Positions 45,903 through 56,552 of a stretch of DNA of 64,000 bases are shown here, piece by piece; position 1 is the stretch's first letter, and each line of letters starts with the position of its first letter. This DNA comes from Diplonema japonicum (lineage: Eukaryota > Protista > Euglenozoa: Diplonemea). The translations under genes and the position numbers were made by a program. The notes under the pieces were generated by a model, which worked only from the letters and a program-made list of their open reading frames with translations, searched no databases and was not told where the DNA came from. Where the stretch lies: positions 124,001 through 188,000 of the forward strand of contig OZ025660.1 in assembly GCA_964019335.1 (NCBI GenBank). The letters are read 5' to 3'.

Positions 45903-48900
45903 TCACACTAATCGGTCACCGTTCTGCGGTTGCTGTCTGGTGCCTGCGGTGGCTGTTTGTCGCGATGAGATGGACGGCATCTGGGCGAGAAACACTGCTT
46001 GGAGTCGTGCTAGGTAGGGGGGGGTTTGGCTCGAGGAGAAGAGTGGTCTCCTGTCGTAGCCGTGTGCCGTCGGGCCCCCAAGATGTCGAAGGGTATGCAC
46101 CCTTGATTTGGCGTTGGCGGGGAAGGCTGACCTTCCACAGCGTGCTGAGCATTTCTGGATGCGACCCAAGATGTATCGCATCCTTGCGGCCTTCTCCGTG
46201 AGCAGGTCCTGATCGTCGAGGGGACCTATGAGTGACCGGCGGGTGGTCTGCTCATAGTCTATGGCGAGTTCCATTGTAGTGACGGAAGTTTTCTTCTTAC
46301 CATCGTACCATCGTAGGCCTCTTAGCCACTTGAGGACGTTCTTCAGATGAAAGGTCAGGACCGCGCCTGACGCCCCGTTCGCCTTCAGCAACGCTTCCGT
46401 CGGAACATCATGTTGCCTCCCTGTCGTTACCTCATCCCAAGGGTTGGAGGTGAGCACTCTCTTGCTTTTTTCCGCTGCTCTGGCGTCACGGACCGTCACT
46501 ACTTTCAGGAGGTATTGTTGCACCATCCTGGCACGTTCTTTCCCTGCTTTGTCGGCTCCTCTTGGGACTATCCCGTGAAGGGCTGTGGCAGCTGGGAGGC
46601 CTTCTCGCTTCACCTCTGCGTATTGCTCGCTTTCCAACACACTCCTTGCCGGCTCGCACTCCCACAGTGCATGCTCCGTCATGCTGGTCGTTGTCTGGGA
46701 CCGGTGGTCGCAAACGTCACACGCTAATGCTGGGTTTTCCACACCAGGGCCATCCAATTTTCTCCCCCACACCCTCGGGTGAGTCGTGAACACTGCACCA
46801 CTAATGATGCGCCGCAACCTAAAGGACACCAACGGTCTCCGGGCCTGGAGCTTTTTCCACCAATAGTTCGTGGACGGGCACGCCCCTGCCTCCATCCCCA
46901 CGAAGGTTGATCTCTTCTCGATCAGCCTCTTCGCAACTGCCGGTCTGATGGCTTGCCTCACTTTGTGAGCCACCGCTGTATCTCCGTGCAGGTCGGCCAC
47001 AAAGGACCATCCCTTCCCCAGAAAGGGGAGCCATCTGTTCCGCAGGACTCCAATCGGACCCATCACCTCATCGTCATCACGGTCCTGGTATAGACCAATG
47101 ATCTCACCAACACGCTGCCGCAAACGCGGAGAGGCCAGGCTCTCCCGGACCAAGCTGTTTATCGTTCCGTAGATGACCTTCGACAGCGGATGTGCCGTAT
47201 GCCCTGGCAGCAGAACGCTCAGTACAGACACGGGGTTTCTCATCCCGAACTGGGGGCCCCACAGGGAGACCACTGCCGCTGTACACATCTTCTTCAGCTG
47301 GTCGTCCGAGGGTGCCGCATACGTTGCTCCGTACAGACACGACGGTAGCACAGTGCTCGTCAACATCGTCGACTTGTTCTCAAACCCTAGTGGCAAAGCT
47401 CCGAGACGGGTCAGGCGTCCCTCCGCTGCGTCCAGCTTGTCCAGCCTGTGATTCCCATCCATGCTCAGGTTCACGCCAAGTGATTTGATCTCCCCAGCTA
47501 CCTTGAACGAGGAACCGGTGCATACTAAACTAGGGCCGATCTCGTTTTTCGTCGAGAATCCCTGCGACTTCTTTCCGTTGAGGCGCATCTCTGTCCGGTC
47601 CCCGAACTCGATCACCTTGTTGGTCGCCCTTGTCAGGACCTCCGCTAAACGCGCCAGGAGGTACACGTCATCCGCGTACGAAAGTGACCAAGCTCCTGGT
47701 ACTTCCGTCATCACGCACTTCACCATCACCGACACCAAGGCGTTCACCATGATTACCGAGATGGGGCACCCTTGCAGGATACCATTCGTCACTCGGAACT
47801 CTGAGCCAACACCTGTCGGGAAACGGAATCGCCGCTTCAGGTTCGCATACATAGCTTTCAAGGGGGTCAGTATCCGCTCGTGCAAACCGAGATCTTGCAT
47901 CAGGCCAAAAGCTATCTGCTGTGGGACTCTGTCGAAGCACTTGACAAAATCCAACGCAATGCCGTTGAGAGGGGTGCCTGTCAACAGCGCCTCTTCGAGC
48001 TGTGTACTGAGCTCCATCAGAATGCTATCCGTGCCTCTCTTCGGTCTGAAACCATGCTGAGAGTCGTCGATCCACTTCTCTTGCCACAGCGTGATGTCAC
48101 GCAGCCTCGCACATGCCCACAGCCGATAGACCGCGCTCGTGACTGTGATCGGCCGATGGTTCAGAGGAGTCCTCTCGCCACCCTTCGGGATCAACGTCAC
48201 CAGCGCTGTCAGGAGTGCTTTCGGCCACTTCCCTGTCGTCTCGACTGCGTTGAACAGCTCGGCCCAAGCATCCAGCAGTACTACCGGCATGGCACGCAGT
48301 TCCGCCATCCTCCATCCATCCACCCCTGGAGCCGTTCTCGTTGACTTCTTGGCCAACACCGCCCTCAGATCCTCTCCTGTAAGTGGTCGAAGTTCCATCT
48401 TCTGCGACACGATGTACTCCCTGTACCTCGTTCTAAAGGCGTTGTACTGCGGCTCTCCTCGATCCCCACCGTACAGCTGAAAAATAGGGTCCCACTCCTT
48501 GTGCATCATCTTGTCCATCTCTTCAAGATCTGCCGTGAGAACCCCGTCGCCTTCCACTGCCTGCGTTGCTGATGCCGTTGTGCCCTTCACGAAGGCGGTC
48601 ACCCTCTTCCGTTCCTCCTTGAAGTGGGTGTTGATCCTCTCTTCATACTTCCTTTCACGCTCGACCCTCGCGTCCTTTGCGATCACTCGCGCCAGAGCGG
48701 ACAGGTCGTCGTCTAGGCGTTGAAGTTTGATGATAATCGTTTCAAAATTGTCCTTCATCAGACCCACCTCGCATCTCGGAAGCTGCGGGAGCTTCGCTAA
48801 CACCTTTATAGCATTCGCCCAAGTCCTCAGCAGCTGCTCCGGCATGTTGCTTGCTAGTCCCCTGTCGAGCAAATCTTGGACTCCCGCAAGGATGTGCGAG

Positions 48901-50021
48901 ACTTTCCGCTTCACCTCGGCGATGCACTTCTGCCAGCCCACTGCCGCACCTGTCGCCTCAACCACAGATTTCGCCGACAGGCACTTCTCCTTTGGTTGTC
49001 GCGCCACGCTTCTCCCGACGTAGGCCCTCCGTCTCACCGCTGGCAGGTCCCCGATGCAGCATTCCTCCGAAACGCACGCTAACGTACTATACGCATCGTC
49101 AATGTCGCCGTCGCCCAGCTTCTGCGCAAATCCCCCGACCTGTAGCAGCTCAGCAACTCGGTCACCATCAGCAGCTTCCATCGGCAACTCCCTCGGGACG
49201 AAGTATTTCCTCGTCATGCACTTGAGGGCCGGGATCCGGAGCTGGATTGAGAGGCAGCGGTGCTCGTTGGTGTAGACTGCGTCGTGTACCCACACCTTCT
49301 GTAGGCCTGCCGCCGCGATCGGGTTCAGCAGAACGTAGTCGATACGCGTCTTCGTGTTGGTGGCCTGCCTGGCAAAGGTGTGGCATGGTTCCACGCCATC
49401 CCTCTCGGCTTGCAGCATAGCAGCATCCACCCAATCGCTCCCCACCGCCTGTTGTAGCACTCCCGACTGTGACACCGCGGTGTTGAAATCGCCTGCCACG
49501 ATGATCGGTACGTCACCGAGGACGCATCTCATCTTGTTCAGGACCTTATCCAGCAGAGCCTCCCGCTGGTGCTTGCCGTGACCGCCCGAGTGACAGTAGA
49601 CTACGATCAGGTGTAACCACATATCTCGACCATCTAGGTTGATCATCGAGTGTACCCACCTGTTGTCGTCAGCTCTTCCTGCCGTATCTTTTACCAGAGC
49701 AGGTCGGCGTCGCTGCACCAGCAGACCCACCCCGCCCCTCTTCGCCTTATCAGGAGACGCGAGTCCATCGACCACGATGCCTGGTTGCGGGCTCCCCCAC
49801 AACGCGCGATACCTACCGTCGTCCTCGACGTGTCTCCCAACCATCTCCTGACCGTGCTCCGTCAGCTTCACTTCCTGCAGGCATGTCACGTCGCTCCCCA
49901 TAGCCAGGACCTCGTCAACCTTGTTGCTCAGGGACCCCACATTGAGTGTGGTGATTATGAGCGAATCGGGGTCCCTGGCGCCACCCGACTGGACGTCCCT
50001 CCGGACGTCCCAGTCCGCACT
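45903..50021 (-). CDS. LINE ORF2: AP endonuclease, reverse transcriptase and CCHC knuckle; no RNase H seen
   Basis: APE: TLNVGSL, LQEVK, GGVG, VY, GDFN, TRIDY, EH. RT: APGVDG, LIPK, RPIT, QHGFR, DFVKCFD, GILQGCPIS, YADD, KSLG. Knuckle: CDVC..HALWEC. The frame is open from just after the ORF1 UGA; the first ATG is only at 49901. Confidence 0.93.
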   Translation of the reverse strand, partial: SADWDVRRDVQSGGARDPDSLIITTLNVGSLSNKVDEVLAMGSDVTCLQEVKLTEHGQEMVGRHVEDDGRYRALWGSPQPGIVVDGLASPDKAKRGGVGLLVQRRRPALVKDTAGRADDNRWVHSMINLDGRDMWLHLIVVYCHSGGHGKHQREALLDKVLNKMRCVLGDVPIIVAGDFNTAVSQSGVLQQAVGSDWVDAAMLQAERDGVEPCHTFARQATNTKTRIDYVLLNPIAAAGLQKVWVHDAVYTNEHRCLSIQLRIPALKCMTRKYFVPRELPMEAADGDRVAELLQVGGFAQKLGDGDIDDAYSTLACVSEECCIGDLPAVRRRAYVGRSVARQPKEKCLSAKSVVEATGAAVGWQKCIAEVKRKVSHILAGVQDLLDRGLASNMPEQLLRTWANAIKVLAKLPQLPRCEVGLMKDNFETIIIKLQRLDDDLSALARVIAKDARVERERKYEERINTHFKEERKRVTAFVKGTTASATQAVEGDGVLTADLEEMDKMMHKEWDPIFQLYGGDRGEPQYNAFRTRYREYIVSQKMELRPLTGEDLRAVLAKKSTRTAPGVDGWRMAELRAMPVVLLDAWAELFNAVETTGKWPKALLTALVTLIPKGGERTPLNHRPITVTSAVYRLWACARLRDITLWQEKWIDDSQHGFRPKRGTDSILMELSTQLEEALLTGTPLNGIALDFVKCFDRVPQQIAFGLMQDLGLHERILTPLKAMYANLKRRFRFPTGVGSEFRVTNGILQGCPISVIMVNALVSVMVKCVMTEVPGAWSLSYADDVYLLARLAEVLTRATNKVIEFGDRTEMRLNGKKSQGFSTKNEIGPSLVCTGSSFKVAGEIKSLGVNLSMDGNHRLDKLDAAEGRLTRLGALPLGFENKSTMLTSTVLPSCLYGATYAAPSDDQLKKMCTAAVVSLWGPQFGMRNPVSVLSVLLPGHTAHPLSKVIYGTINSLVRESLASPRLRQRVGEIIGLYQDRDDDEVMGPIGVLRNRWLPFLGKGWSFVADLHGDTAVAHKVRQAIRPAVAKRLIEKRSTFVGMEAGACPSTNYWWKKLQARRPLVSFRLRRIISGAVFTTHPRVWGRKLDGPGVENPALACDVCDHRSQTTTSMTEHALWECEPARSVLESEQYAEVKREGLPAATALHGIVPRGADKAGKERARMVQQYLLKVVTVRDARAAEKSKRVLTSNPWDEVTTGRQHDVPTEALLKANGASGAVLTFHLKNVLKWLRGLRWYDGKKKTSVTTMELAIDYEQTTRRSLIGPLDDQDLLTEKAARMRYILGRIQKCSARCGRSAFPANAKSRVHTLRHLGGPTAHGYDRRPLFSSSQTPPYLARLQAVFLAQMPSISSRQTATAGTRQQPQNGDRLV

Positions 50022-52448
50022 TCAATTGAACTCGGTGTCGATGTCCTGGACAGCCAGGGGGGCGACCATCGGGGTTAGCTGCTGCACAGGTGTCCCGCCA
50101 GCTGCCGCGGCACAAAGGGGGGTGCTGTTGGGCATGATCATCGGCGTCATCTCCCTGCCTATTCCAGCGGTGGGGACAAGGGCACCTGAGGCCGCTTTCT
50201 TGTTGCCCGGCTCGTCCTCGCACTTCCTCTTCCCGCCTGTCTTCCTTGCCGCTTTCGCCTGTGCCTGCATCTCCTTTTGGATTGAGCCCACCGCCTGTGC
50301 GAGGTTGTTCACCGCAGAAGCAATCACGTCCAATTGCTCCAGACGTGCAGCCATCACTCCCATCTGCTCGCTCAGCGTTTGCACGTTCTGTTGCACGGAC
50401 ATCAACAGGTTGGCCGTCGACGCGTTCTTCCTCTCCATGTCGACGAGCCGGGCCTCCATGGTCTTCCTCTCCTGTTCGTTCTCCAGTTCCATCCTTCGCG
50501 CCCATTCCACGAACTGGTCGGTGGATGCGGTACCGGAGGTCGCAGATGGCGGTGCCGACGCCGGCGCCTGCATCACCGGTGTCGTCTGCGGTTTGCAGAA
50601 ATGCGTCGACTGCCCAGACTGCTGCGCTTGCCCAGGCTGCTGTGTCTCGGTCGCTTGTGGTTGAGGTTGAACTCCCGGTTGGGGTGCTGCAGTTGGATTC
50701 GGTGCTGGCCCAGCTTGTCTTCCCCACACGGCGTTCGGCGGCAAGGTGAAGACCGGCGTGTTCTTCACCTCCTTCTTCTTCTTATTCTTGCCCACCCTCA
50801 GCAGGTCCCCTTCCATCGGCTGGATGGCCCACCTCACTCCCTGGACTGTCAACACCAAGCTCCTTGGTTCGGTCGTCGCAGTCACCACCCACGTCTGTCT
50901 GCCACCATGCCTGTGCAGCTTCTTCCTCACCGTTGCTGGCCACCCGGAACGGCTCAGCTTGCCCTCGAGCTCCAGCCCGTTCATTGCTACCGGGACTCCC
51001 TGCACCTCGTAGTGGGCACCCTCCAGCAGGTCTACGGCGGTCGCTGTTGTCTTCAGATCTGCATGGCGGTCCTTGAGGATCTGCCTTGCGGTGTTGAGTC
51101 CGTCCTTTGGCACCCGAACGCCGTACGTGACAGTCTTGCTCGATTTTTTCAGGGTCAAACCCCATCCGCCGATGTCATTCTTCATCTTCAGGGCAACCTT
51201 CAGAGCCGTGTTCTCCAGCCAGATCACTGGCAGCAGGTCACGCGCCTCCCAAGGCTGCCTGACGAAAACGCCGTCCTCTCCGCTGCGCGTTAGGATCGCC
51301 TTAACGTCTTCCTTCTTTACCGTGATCGGTATTTCTAAAATACCGTCCTTCTTTCTGCCCCTCTTAGCGAGGTACCTCCCTGCGCGTTCTCTCAGCCATG
51401 CCAGCAGACGCGGCCGAGCTTTCTCGGCGTCCTGCGTCGTCTGCGCCAGGAGAAAAAGCTCTGCAGTGCACGTGGGCTCAGGCTCCTTCTCCTCCGTCTC
51501 CTCCATGTCCTCGACAGTCTCGCTAGTGGGCATTGCCGGGTCGCCGTGCCTTGCCGTCACGTACAGGCGCCTGTACGTCTTGCCACGTCCCTCGTTTGTC
51601 ACCAGGAGGACCTCCGCCATCTTACCGCAGAAGTAGGGTAATCGTCCCCAGGAAACCACCGTCGCCGCTGCCGTCCCCTTCAGCCACTCTGCCGCCTGTC
51701 GCTCATCACCCTGCGGCACCAGGTACACCGCGCGCTCTTGCACCGTCTCCGGGCCCTGCCACTCCTGCACGTGGACCTGCCACTCATCTCCATCGAGGCA
51801 CCCCTCGACGGGCTTGCGTACTTCTTTCTTCTCGGGCTTCGAACCACCCTTGGCCACGCTGCGTAGAGGAATGGGGTATCTCGGCCTCGGCTCATACTCA
51901 TCTGCGTCCGGCTTCCTCGCTCCTTCCTCCCTGCTGAGACACACGTAGTGGTCTCTCACATACCCTAGCCACAGCTCCTGTGTGGTCACCATCCCACCCA
52001 CCGGCCTGGAGGTGGTGCACACCAGGCGGTCGTCCCGGACCGCGTACACACAGATCACGCGGCCCATGGCTCGCGCCAGGGCATTCACCGCCATCCGGTC
52101 TCCCCACGTCCCCGGAAGAGCCACCAGCCGCTGGTACTCCTTCCACGCCCCCTCCGGGTCCTCTCCAATCATGAAGGACGAGAAGTCCTTCGTCGCCAGG
52201 TCTGCCGCCACTGCCTCCCTTAGGGCAGCGGCCCCGTCTCGCGCTCCGTGCACCGCGTATGAGGCTGCCTCATACAAGCAGTCTCCCGGCCTCCTCCCCA
52301 CGTCTTGGACCTTCCAGCCCATCCCCAGCCTGCCGGCTAGGTCGCCCACCGCTTCTCCTTGCCTGGTGGATTCGCCAGACCCCCCTTTTGGAGGAGCCTG
52401 CCCAGGAACCGCCCTCGTGGAGGCTCCACCTCGGCCTTTTGGTGGCAT
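50022..52448 (-). CDS. LINE ORF1 (808 aa) with an N-terminal OTU-like cysteine protease domain and a C-terminal coiled coil
   Basis: PGDCLYEAAS, LREAVA, GTWGDRMAVNALA, ICVY and LGYVRDHY form the OTU Cys/His boxes. Heptad region RRMELENE...EMQAQ. Start taken at MPPKG. Confidence 0.85.
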   Translation of the reverse strand: MPPKGRGGASTRAVPGQAPPKGGSGESTRQGEAVGDLAGRLGMGWKVQDVGRRPGDCLYEAASYAVHGARDGAAALREAVAADLATKDFSSFMIGEDPEGAWKEYQRLVALPGTWGDRMAVNALARAMGRVICVYAVRDDRLVCTTSRPVGGMVTTQELWLGYVRDHYVCLSREEGARKPDADEYEPRPRYPIPLRSVAKGGSKPEKKEVRKPVEGCLDGDEWQVHVQEWQGPETVQERAVYLVPQGDERQAAEWLKGTAAATVVSWGRLPYFCGKMAEVLLVTNEGRGKTYRRLYVTARHGDPAMPTSETVEDMEETEEKEPEPTCTAELFLLAQTTQDAEKARPRLLAWLRERAGRYLAKRGRKKDGILEIPITVKKEDVKAILTRSGEDGVFVRQPWEARDLLPVIWLENTALKVALKMKNDIGGWGLTLKKSSKTVTYGVRVPKDGLNTARQILKDRHADLKTTATAVDLLEGAHYEVQGVPVAMNGLELEGKLSRSGWPATVRKKLHRHGGRQTWVVTATTEPRSLVLTVQGVRWAIQPMEGDLLRVGKNKKKKEVKNTPVFTLPPNAVWGRQAGPAPNPTAAPQPGVQPQPQATETQQPGQAQQSGQSTHFCKPQTTPVMQAPASAPPSATSGTASTDQFVEWARRMELENEQERKTMEARLVDMERKNASTANLLMSVQQNVQTLSEQMGVMAARLEQLDVIASAVNNLAQAVGSIQKEMQAQAKAARKTGGKRKCEDEPGNKKAASGALVPTAGIGREMTPMIMPNSTPLCAAAAGGTPVQQLTPMVAPLAVQDIDTEFN

Positions 52449-53617
52449 TTTGTCTTCGCGACTTTTGATGTTAAAAACCCGAAACCCAGTGTTCCCTGGT
52501 ATTCCCATCCGGGTAAAAAAAAAAAAAAAAAACTCGCTATTTTCAACGTCAAGGTGACACAAGTCAAATGGCGCTCAGCACGACCACCACAGTCGGCTCC
52601 AGTGTACCATAAGTACATGTGGCGCATTTGCGATCCATGTTCCCCTGTTTTGTTGAGAAGCCTGCCCATGAATTGACACGCTTAAGGGACGTGGGGGCTT
52701 TTCGTCCGGTTTAGCGAATCTTGTCTGGCTGGCTCCAATCATTTGGAAAAATAAAAAAAACTGGTGGGCACTAAGGTAGCTCTCAGCTCCTGTTTCAGTA
52801 CTACTTTATTTTGTGGTCACAACTACACTAGCCCCCCCCCCCCCCCCTGGTGGGGAAGAATTTTGAATTGAGGGAGTTTTATTCTCTTTCCTTTTCTCTT
52901 TTTTTTTTTTCTTTCTTTTAACTAGTAGAATTCATTTACACAAAAAGTATGGGGAAAAAAACAAATCCCACCAAGAAAAAAAAAAAGAAAAAAAATAAGA
53001 GGATCATCTTTCTTTTTTTTTTTTATATTTTTTTTTTGTTTTGTTATGTTTTTTTTTTTTTTTTGTGTTTTCTTTTCTTTCTCTTTCTTTCTTCTTTCTT
53101 TCTTTTTCTTTAAAATTCCCTTTTTTTTTTGTGAGATTAATAAAATTAGAATAGAATCGGCGTGGTATTTAGTGGGGTCCTTCGTTGAAGAATTAGGGAA
53201 AGGTCCCCCCCCGTCTTATTTTTTTTTCTTTTTTTTTTTTTTTTTAAATCTTGTTCTGTAAAAAGAGAGCAGACGGGGGGCACCAGAAAGAAGGAACAAG
53301 ATATCACCATTTGAGATTCTACGAGAAAAGAAATATAGTAAAATAGACTCCAATCATCTCTCGTTTTCTTTTGATACTCCGCTGTTCGTAGAAATTGCTT
53401 CAGCAGGAGTGTCCGTATCAGGAAGCCTGCATTTTAGTGGACTAGAAAAATGCTGCTTCTTGTTTTAGCTTGGTTTAGAATTAGTTCCTTTAGTGCGGGT
53501 CACTTTGCGAGGCAAACAAACCGGTCCCCTGGAACCTTGTTCTTTAGAAAGAACAGAAAAAAAAAAAGTGTGAAAAAAGCAAATTTGTGAAGTAGTGTGA
53601 GGGTGGGGGAAACGGGG

Positions 53618-53650
<33 letters not shown>

Positions 53651-54511
53651 ACCTTTCGCAAATAACGTGACATTTCTGGGGGGGGGGGGGGGTTTGAAAT
53701 GTCTGTGTGTAAAGTAGTTTTTTTTTTTCTTTTTTTGAAAGATTCGTAGAAAAAAAAAAAAAAAACTAAAGTTTCTCTTCCCTTCTTCCGAATATTATTA
53801 TTTTCTTTTTTCAACTCAGGTCAGATTGGAAGAAGGGATAGTAACGAACCAACTAGCGGCTCAGCTATCTATTGATATGCTCACTTTCTTTTGGGGAGGG
53901 CCACTGACCTCTTCTACATAAAAAAAAAAAAAAAAAGCGATGTTTAAGAGTATCCCACTTGAGGACCCCCCAACAGCATAAAATTCGCTAAAGCTTCAGA
54001 GGAAAAAAAAAAGGTCAAGGAATAAAGCAATACAAAGGTTTAACATAAAAGAAGAAGAAATAAGAAGGAGAAAAGAAGAGGAAAAATGAGGAGGAAAAAA
54101 AAAAAAAAAAAAAAAAAAAAAGAAAGAAAGAGGAAACAAAAACTCAGACTAGCAAATATAATGTATCTAAGTTTCTTGTTCTTTTTTTTTTTCTTCTTTT
54201 TTTTTTCTTCCAACCCTTTGTTTTTATTTATTTTTTTTTCTTGTCAACCAAGAAAAAAAAAAACCGCTTGAGGCACACAACCTCTTTGCCTCAGCAGTTT
54301 GCCATTGATCCCATAAGCCCCACCTTCGTACGTAAAAATCTTTAAAAAGAAAATACAAAACCTCAGCAAAAAAAAAAAAAAAAAAAAAGAACAGTATTAT
54401 TAAAGGTGTGGGAGGGAGGGAGGGGAGAGTGAAAAAATTAAATAGAAAACAGAGAAAAGATGCCTTTGAAGGGAACCTGCAGTATGTGACAGGATCGCCT
54501 GGACAATCAAC

Positions 54512-55635
54512 TCATCTAGTGTTTGATCCCTTCTGTCGTGGTAGTGCCTTAGGCCCGTCGTGGTATCTCATCAGCAGCTTGGGCGTGAAACCGACTAGCG
54601 AGTTGTTGAGGATGCAATGAGTTCGCAGTTGCTCCTCTAGGATCGGGTGGGTTGCCTTCGGGGACGCGAAGACTGGACGAGTGGAGTATTGGCTGTGGAG
54701 CCCCAGAGTACGCAGTGAGTGCACTGACTTCATAGTTTCTGCTGGAATCAGGTGATTCCCAGTTCCTGTTCTGTGTGCCCTGTCCAGGACGTTGAGGATT
54801 CTTCCGATTTTCCTAGCCCAGCATGCCAGGTCTTCACCACCCATGTGGATTCTCTCCGTTGCTATGAAGTCGACAGCAAGCTCCGCCTTGGACACTTGCC
54901 CTGCATCCTTGCACTCAGCCATTTGAGGACAAACGGGATCAGCCCCGGGAAGTACTTCTTCCCCAGCCCGTGCTTGTGATACCAAATGAGGGGTTTCGGT
55001 TCTAATAGGTTTCCCGGTTGGAATGGTCTTTTCCAGAAGTGTAGATTATCGTATCTGACTTGCTTCTCGGCGTGCAGGCTCTCGAGTTTCCCCGCAATTT
55101 CCGCAAACATCAGGTGTAGTTCCTTGACACTTGTCAGGCTTATGTCCATATCAGAGGTAATGCCGTGTAGACGGGCGCAGCTTGGCCAGCTGACGTGGTC
55201 TTGCACCAGCCGAATGTGGTCAGTGTTGGCCGTTCTGCAGTCGGCGTGCGCCGGGCATTGCCAGATCGTATGCTGTAGTAGGGAGCTGGTCCCGTTCCCA
55301 ATGTTATATGGTGTGCCACACCCCAGGCATTTCGTATGTGAGCCGTTCATGTCGCCGTAAGCTCTGGGGTGTAGGGGAAGCATCGCGCCCGCAATGGCAC
55401 AAAGTATCCTCCTTGCTTTCTGTGGGTTGGTGGTCGTCACCTCGTTGTGGAGGAAGTTCGTTTTCTCCTCGTCAATGCCTGTTTCGACCCCCTGGTAGGT
55501 GTCTCGCTCTTCGGCCAGATCTTCACGTAGTTTGGCTTTCAGCAGCGTCCTGATCTCGTGTTTCAGGAGCTGTTTGCCTTGCGGTAGTATCTTCGTCTGG
55601 AAGTCCTTCCACCTTGACCCTATTTCTCGGTGCCA
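54512..55635 (-). pseudogene. 5'-truncated, frameshifted C-terminal fragment of a second related LINE family
   Basis: CLGC..QHTIWQC, RLHGI, S.AELAVDF, VHSLRTLG and RPVF parallel the ORF2 motifs HALWEC, ALHGI, MELAIDY, VHTLRHLG and RPLF, spread over two frames. Confidence 0.82.
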
Positions 55636-56516
55636 CAAACCAAATAAAAGAGGGGGGGGGGGGGGGGGTGGGAGGGCGAAGTTGTAACCCCCTTAAGGAC
55701 CAAAAAAGAAGGGGGGGAAAAAATAGTCGCCATTTGTACTTTTGTTTTCGCAAGCACATTATTTATTTTTTTTTTTTCCGTCATTCTTTTTTTTCTTTCC
55801 CATTTCATGAAAACGAGGTTTTACGGACCCTTGGGTTTTAACAAAAAAAAAAAAAAAAAAAAAAAAAGCACCTGATTTCTCACCCGCCTCTTCCACTTCT
55901 TTGTTAGTTGCTTGTACGCCAGGCAGGTTTATAAGCAACCAAAGTCTTTTCCCCCTTTTCATAAATTTTCATAAAGCATCTCAAGACTTTTGTTGATATA
56001 CTGAAGGGAGAACAGGATCAATATGGAAGAAGAAAAAAAAAAAGGAAGTCCTTTTCAAGAAGGGGGGGCCCTATTCCAATTTTTTCCCCCCTCATTTCCA
56101 ACCTAAACAAGAGATAGACGAAAAGAAAATTCAGACTTTCTTTTTTTTTTTTTTAAAAAAAGATAGAAAGGTACCTGCGTCAATAGACGAATACGTTCGT
56201 GGGGGAGGAAAAAAAAAAAGAAAGAACAAAAAAAAAAAAGAAAGTTCACCGATGCGGCTTAGAAAAGAAAAAAAATTACAAAGAATGGCGCGAAAAACCA
56301 AAGTAAATAGTGTCTTAGAAGAGAGGGGTAGCATCACAAGAAATCTGGTAGGGATTAATGAACCTTTTTCTGTTGTCATAAATCGATGTTGATCGTGGAG
56401 AAGGGGGGGGGGGGGGGGGGGCTTTCTAGGTTAAAGAAAAAAGAGGGGAAAAAAAAAGAAAAAGGTTCTCACCCGCCATTCATGTTTTTTTTTTCTTTTT
56501 TTTTTTCATCTTTCTT

Positions 56517-56552
<36 letters not shown>

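Larger units (their letters stand above)
45856..52560 (-). mobile_element. Apparently intact non-LTR retrotransposon (OTU-ORF1 / APE-RT-CCHC ORF2); 5' boundary uncertain
   Basis: GC-rich, homopolymer-free 6.5-kb coding block, no LTRs, conserved 3' terminal motif. Confidence 0.92.

Noticed and set aside
50022-50024. UGA as a reassigned sense codon or selenocysteine
   Set aside because: Host genes in the window terminate at TGA, and the site is a linker rather than a Cys or Trp position.
49915-50727. Alternative-frame 270-aa ORF bridging ORF1 and ORF2 as a frameshift route
   Set aside because: ORF1 and ORF2 are already in frame, the peptide has no motif, and a long open frame is expected in GC-rich sequence.
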